Shown here: positions 7,145 to 10,659 of the stretch, in pieces
How positions within the stretch are numbered: the stretch's first letter is position 1
How the letters are laid out: each line of letters begins with the position of its first letter
Assembly (NCBI GenBank): GCA_051439505.1
Contig: JBFRWI010000076.1
Coordinates: forward strand, 1-10,659
DNA length: 10,659 bases
Reading direction: 5' to 3'
Origin: Hormoscilla sp.
Lineage (GTDB): Bacteria; Cyanobacteriota; Cyanobacteriia; Cyanobacteriales; Desertifilaceae
Position numbers and translations under genes: made by a program
Notes under the pieces: model-generated
The model's input: only the letters and a program-made list of their open reading frames with translations
What the model was told of the DNA's origin: nothing
Databases searched by the model: none

Positions 7145-10100
7145 ATGAACAAGAGCAAGATTAGCTTTACCCTACTCCTGACGCTGTTGACCGCGATCGG
7201 GGGAAGTTTCCCAGTCAGTGATTGGGGGCCATTCGGCGGGCAACCGGTATTAGCTCAAAGTCAAGGCGATCGGAAGGCGGAAGCAGACAGACTGTTTCAG
7301 CAAGGTATGCAGCAGTTTGAGAAGAAGGAATATCAAGGGGCTTTGCAGTCTTTTCAACAGGCACGGGTGATTTATCGTGAAATTTCGGAAGGTGTGGGCT
7401 TTTTAGGAACAACGATAATGATGGGAAATGCCCACACGGCTTTAGGAGAAACAAAACGTGCGATTGAGATATTTGAGGGAGTGATAGCGATTGCCAAAAA
7501 AATTAATAATCAGGAGTTAGAAAAAGTTGCTCAACAGGGTTTGGAGTTGGCGAGGAGTCAACGCGATCTTCGCAAGGCAGAAGCAGAAAGACTGTTCGAT
7601 AGAGCTGTGCAGCAGTTGCAGTCGGGTGAACTGCAAGGGGCTTTACAGTCAGGGCAAGCAGCACTGCAAATATATCGGAATATAGGCGATCGCGGCGGGG
7701 AAGCTGAAGCTCTTCTTGTTCTGGGCAGTGCTGACTATTTCCTCGGACAACATCAACGAAGTATAGAATTATTCGAGCAATCGTTGGAGATAGCAAGGGA
7801 AATCAAAAATCGCCGAGGCGAAGCAGCGGCTTTGGGAAATATAGCCCGAGTTTATATTTCTCTAAGGCAATACCAGCAGGCGATCGAATCCTATCAGCAG
7901 GCGATCGCAATTAATCGAATCCTTAACGATCGCGCAGGAGTAGCTGACTCCCTGAGGAATATGGGCGCTGCTTACTCAAGCCTGGGACAATACCAGCAGA
8001 GCATAGAATTTACTCAGCAGTCCTTAGCAATTTATCGGGAGTTAGGCGATCGCAAAGAAGTAGCTGGCTCCCTCAACAACCTGGGCGCTGCTTACTTAAG
8101 GCTGGGACAATCCCAGCAGGGCGCAGAATTTATTCGGCAGTCCTTAGCAATTTACCAGGAGATAGGCGATCCTAAAGGGGATGAAGCAGACTCCTGGAGA
8201 AAACTAGCCTTAATATATGACGATCTAGAGGAATATGCCAATGCGATCGATGCCTGGAAGCAAACTATATTGTTAGCGGCAGCGAAGAAAGATTTCCCAT
8301 TAGTACAGGATGCTGTATATAAACTAGGCAATGCTTACTACTACTTGGGACAATATTCGACTGCAATTTTTTACTTGGAGCAGACTTTGGAGAGTGCCAG
8401 AAAAAGAAGCGATCGGGCTGACGAGGCAGACTCGTTAAACTCTATAGGAAATGTGTATTACCAATCCAGGGACTACAGTCAAGCGATCGACTACTATCAG
8501 CAGTCTTTAGAGATTTGGCAAGAACTTGGCAATCGTTCGATGCAAGGACGAATGATGGGAAATATAGGGCTGGCTTCTATTCATTTGGGCGACTACGAAC
8601 GAGCCATTGAGTTCCTGGAAAAAGATATAGCTATTGCCCGCGAACTTAACAAACAATTGGCACTAGGACAGGCTCTGGGCAGTCTGGGAACTGCTTACCT
8701 TTTCCAGGGCAAGTACGACCAAGCGCTGAAATCATATCAGGAGAGTTTGTCCATTGCACGTCAAGTCAACTATCGTCGGGGAGAGGGGTTGACCTTGAGC
8801 AATATCGGCTTAGCTCTGCAGGAGTCAGGTCAACTTCCAGAGGCAGAGCAGGCGCTTCTGGATTCTATTAATATTTTAGAATCACTCCGGGAACAGCAAG
8901 GAGACAATGACGCTTATCAAGTGTCATTTTTTGAGCAGCAAGCTAGGACATATTTCATCCTCCAGGAAGTCTTAATCGCCCAGAACAAGATCGATCGAGC
9001 CCTTGAAATTTCCGAAAGAGGTCGCGCAAGAGCTTTTGTGAAATTATTAGCACGGCGGGTCGCTCCTGATGACCATCTGCAATCAGGAGCGATCGCTATC
9101 GATCGAATTAAACAAATTGCCAAAGAACAAAACGCTACCATCGTTCAATATTCAAGAGTCGCTGAGAACTTTGAAATCGAAGGGAAAAAGCAAGGCAAAG
9201 AATCAGAACTATATATCTGGGTCATCAAACCGACAGGGGAAATTGAGTTTCGCAAAGCGGACCTCAAACCCCTATGGCAAGACCAGGATACGTTTCTAGC
9301 AAAAGTCGTTGCTCAAGCAAGATGCTTCGGTAATCTCAACTGCCAGCAAAGCCTGACAACTAGGAATTTCAACCTGGAAGCACAAGAAGACGAAGCTTTG
9401 ATAACCAACAGTCAACCGCAAAACTCCAAATTGCAGCAATTACATCAACTGTTAATTGACCCCATTGCCGACTTACTGCCCAAAGACGCAAATGCCCGCG
9501 TCATCTTTGTCCCCCAAGATTCGCTGTTCCTGGTTCCCTTCCCAGCATTGCAAGATGAGGCAGGAAAATACCTGATTGAAAAGCATACCATTCTCACCGC
9601 ACCCTCCATTCAGGTACTCGATTTAACCCACAAGCAGCGCCGGGCCACAGCACGGCAGAATTCTCGGGAGGTGCTGGTAGTTGGGAATCCGACGATGCCG
9701 AAAGTATCTCCCTTCCCTGGAGAAGCGCCACAGCAGCTATCGCCCCTACCGGGTGCGGAAAAGGAAGCAAAGGAAATTGCCCGGATGTTCAATAGCAAAG
9801 CGCTTATCGGTAGCCAAGCAACAGAATCAGCTATAGTGCAAAAGATGGAAGGTGCCCGCATCATTCATCTAGCAACCCACGGCAGCTTCGATCCCTACCG
9901 AGGCATCGGCAGTTGGATCGCCCTTGCTTCCGAGGGAGAAAATGACGGACTGCTGCGGGCAGAAGAAATCCTCGATCTGAAGCTGAAGGCAGAATTAGTA
10001 GTGCTGAGTGCTTGCGACACGGGACGGGGAATAATCACTGGGGATGGGGTGATCGGATTATCCCGTTCTTTCATTTCGGCGGGCGTTCCCACCGTACTTG

Positions 10101-10282
10101 TCTCCTTGTGGAAAGTGCCAGATAATGCTACTCAGGAATTAATGACGGAGTTTTACAACAATTGGCAAAAGAGTGCAGATAAAGCGCAAGCGCTGCGTCA
10201 GGCGATGCTAACAGCGATGAAGAAATACCCAGATGCGCCGGAAAATTGGGCAGCTTTTACCCTCATTGGCGAAGCGGAGTGA
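7145..10282 (+). CDS. Exported TPR-repeat + CHAT-domain (caspase/HetF-like) cysteine protease
   Basis: Signal peptide (...QPVLA|Q) and a long array of 40-aa TPRs. CHAT motifs 'ALEISERGRARAF', 'LHQLLIDPI', 'LVPFPALQD', 'IHLATHG' (His912), 'LVVLSACDTG' (Cys957), 'VSLWKVPD', 'WAAFTLIG'. Confidence 0.95.
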   Translation: MNKSKISFTLLLTLLTAIGGSFPVSDWGPFGGQPVLAQSQGDRKAEADRLFQQGMQQFEKKEYQGALQSFQQARVIYREISEGVGFLGTTIMMGNAHTALGETKRAIEIFEGVIAIAKKINNQELEKVAQQGLELARSQRDLRKAEAERLFDRAVQQLQSGELQGALQSGQAALQIYRNIGDRGGEAEALLVLGSADYFLGQHQRSIELFEQSLEIAREIKNRRGEAAALGNIARVYISLRQYQQAIESYQQAIAINRILNDRAGVADSLRNMGAAYSSLGQYQQSIEFTQQSLAIYRELGDRKEVAGSLNNLGAAYLRLGQSQQGAEFIRQSLAIYQEIGDPKGDEADSWRKLALIYDDLEEYANAIDAWKQTILLAAAKKDFPLVQDAVYKLGNAYYYLGQYSTAIFYLEQTLESARKRSDRADEADSLNSIGNVYYQSRDYSQAIDYYQQSLEIWQELGNRSMQGRMMGNIGLASIHLGDYERAIEFLEKDIAIARELNKQLALGQALGSLGTAYLFQGKYDQALKSYQESLSIARQVNYRRGEGLTLSNIGLALQESGQLPEAEQALLDSINILESLREQQGDNDAYQVSFFEQQARTYFILQEVLIAQNKIDRALEISERGRARAFVKLLARRVAPDDHLQSGAIAIDRIKQIAKEQNATIVQYSRVAENFEIEGKKQGKESELYIWVIKPTGEIEFRKADLKPLWQDQDTFLAKVVAQARCFGNLNCQQSLTTRNFNLEAQEDEALITNSQPQNSKLQQLHQLLIDPIADLLPKDANARVIFVPQDSLFLVPFPALQDEAGKYLIEKHTILTAPSIQVLDLTHKQRRATARQNSREVLVVGNPTMPKVSPFPGEAPQQLSPLPGAEKEAKEIARMFNSKALIGSQATESAIVQKMEGARIIHLATHGSFDPYRGIGSWIALASEGENDGLLRAEEILDLKLKAELVVLSACDTGRGIITGDGVIGLSRSFISAGVPTVLVSLWKVPDNATQELMTEFYNNWQKSADKAQALRQAMLTAMKKYPDAPENWAAFTLIGEAE

Positions 10283-10447
10283 TCGGCGAACAGTAAGGAA
10301 GTGGTAACTAGAGTGAATGTTAGCGGTATAAAGCAGGATGAGTTTTGGCAATTGGTGGAGTCATTACCCACCAATGATTAAACAGGAGTTGCTCCAGATG
10401 TTCTCTAGTGATATCATGATTATATAGCATGGGGGAGAAATATCAGA

Positions 10448-10645
10448 ATGGATCTCAATCTTCTCGGTTTTAACTTCGGATTGGTTATTTTAGTGCTGCT
10501 GGTTTTTGCCATCCTCCAATGGTTGCATATTGCCGCTGGTAGCTTTATTGACTGGGTAATTGCCCTGGCTATTTTTGAATGGCTACTGGTAATTGTTACT
10601 GTGCCGTGGAATATCTATTTTGAGGCCAAGGAAGTCTTGGTTGAG
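10448..10645 (+). pseudogene. 5' part of a membrane-protein gene apparently interrupted by a MITE/IS end
   Basis: GGGGAGA RBS and ATG 10448, reading MDLNLLGFNFGLVILVLLVFAILQWLHIAAGSFIDWVIALAIFEWLLVIVTVPWNIYFEAKEVLVE, then directly into the element TIR. It is missing from the ORF track because there is no stop in the window. Confidence 0.65.
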
Positions 10646-10659
10646 GGGTGTGGTCAAAA
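10646..10659. mobile_element. Terminal inverted repeat of a second copy of the same MITE/IS family (partial)
   Basis: GGGTGTGGTCAAAA is the exact reverse complement of the right TIR at 6224-6237 (14/14). Confidence 0.8.

Larger units (their letters stand above)
78..9096. repeat. Dispersed HIP1 octamers (GCGATCGC)
   Basis: Perfect copies start at 78, 3057, 3603, 4361, 5036, 5253, 5350, 6343, 7686, 7901, 8046 and 9089, plus many CGATCG cores; diagnostic of cyanobacterial DNA. Confidence 0.9.

Noticed and set aside
731..10092. Remaining short ORFs nested in or antisense to the long genes
   Set aside because: Fully overlap well-supported CDSs and show no recognisable motifs; treated as shadow ORFs.
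7145..10282. TPR-CHAT as a Craspase-type or other anti-phage effector, with the cyclase as a Pycsar-like enzyme
   Set aside because: The protease has a signal peptide, the cyclase is a CHASE2 membrane sensor, and there is no CRISPR, gasdermin or cNMP-binding effector gene in the window.

Overview
Cyanobacterial chromosomal DNA: at least 12 perfect HIP1 (GCGATCGC) sites, STRR-type heptamer arrays and cyanobacterial protein families. From left to right the window holds the 3' end of a gene with apparently tandem Hpt domains, a sensor-less REC-HisKA-HATPase hybrid kinase, a membrane-anchored TPR protein (-), a decayed O-methyltransferase pseudogene (-) and a lipoprotein. These are followed by a co-oriented CHASE2-class III nucleotidyl cyclase / DUF928-like exported protein / exported TPR-CHAT caspase-like protease cluster, and a membrane-protein gene running off the right edge. 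Three highlights stand out. (1) A 152-bp non-coding MITE (6086-6237) has 14-bp TIRs and a perfect 9-bp target duplication, carries a G/C-run palindrome, and a second end of the same family interrupts the last gene at 10646. (2) The cyclase has Asp/Gly rather than Lys/Thr at its purine-selecting positions, so it may be a guanylyl cyclase. (3) The CHASE2 cyclase-DUF928-secreted CHAT cluster is a candidate protease-coupled trans-envelope signalling system. All family calls come from motifs recognised by eye; no searches were run.
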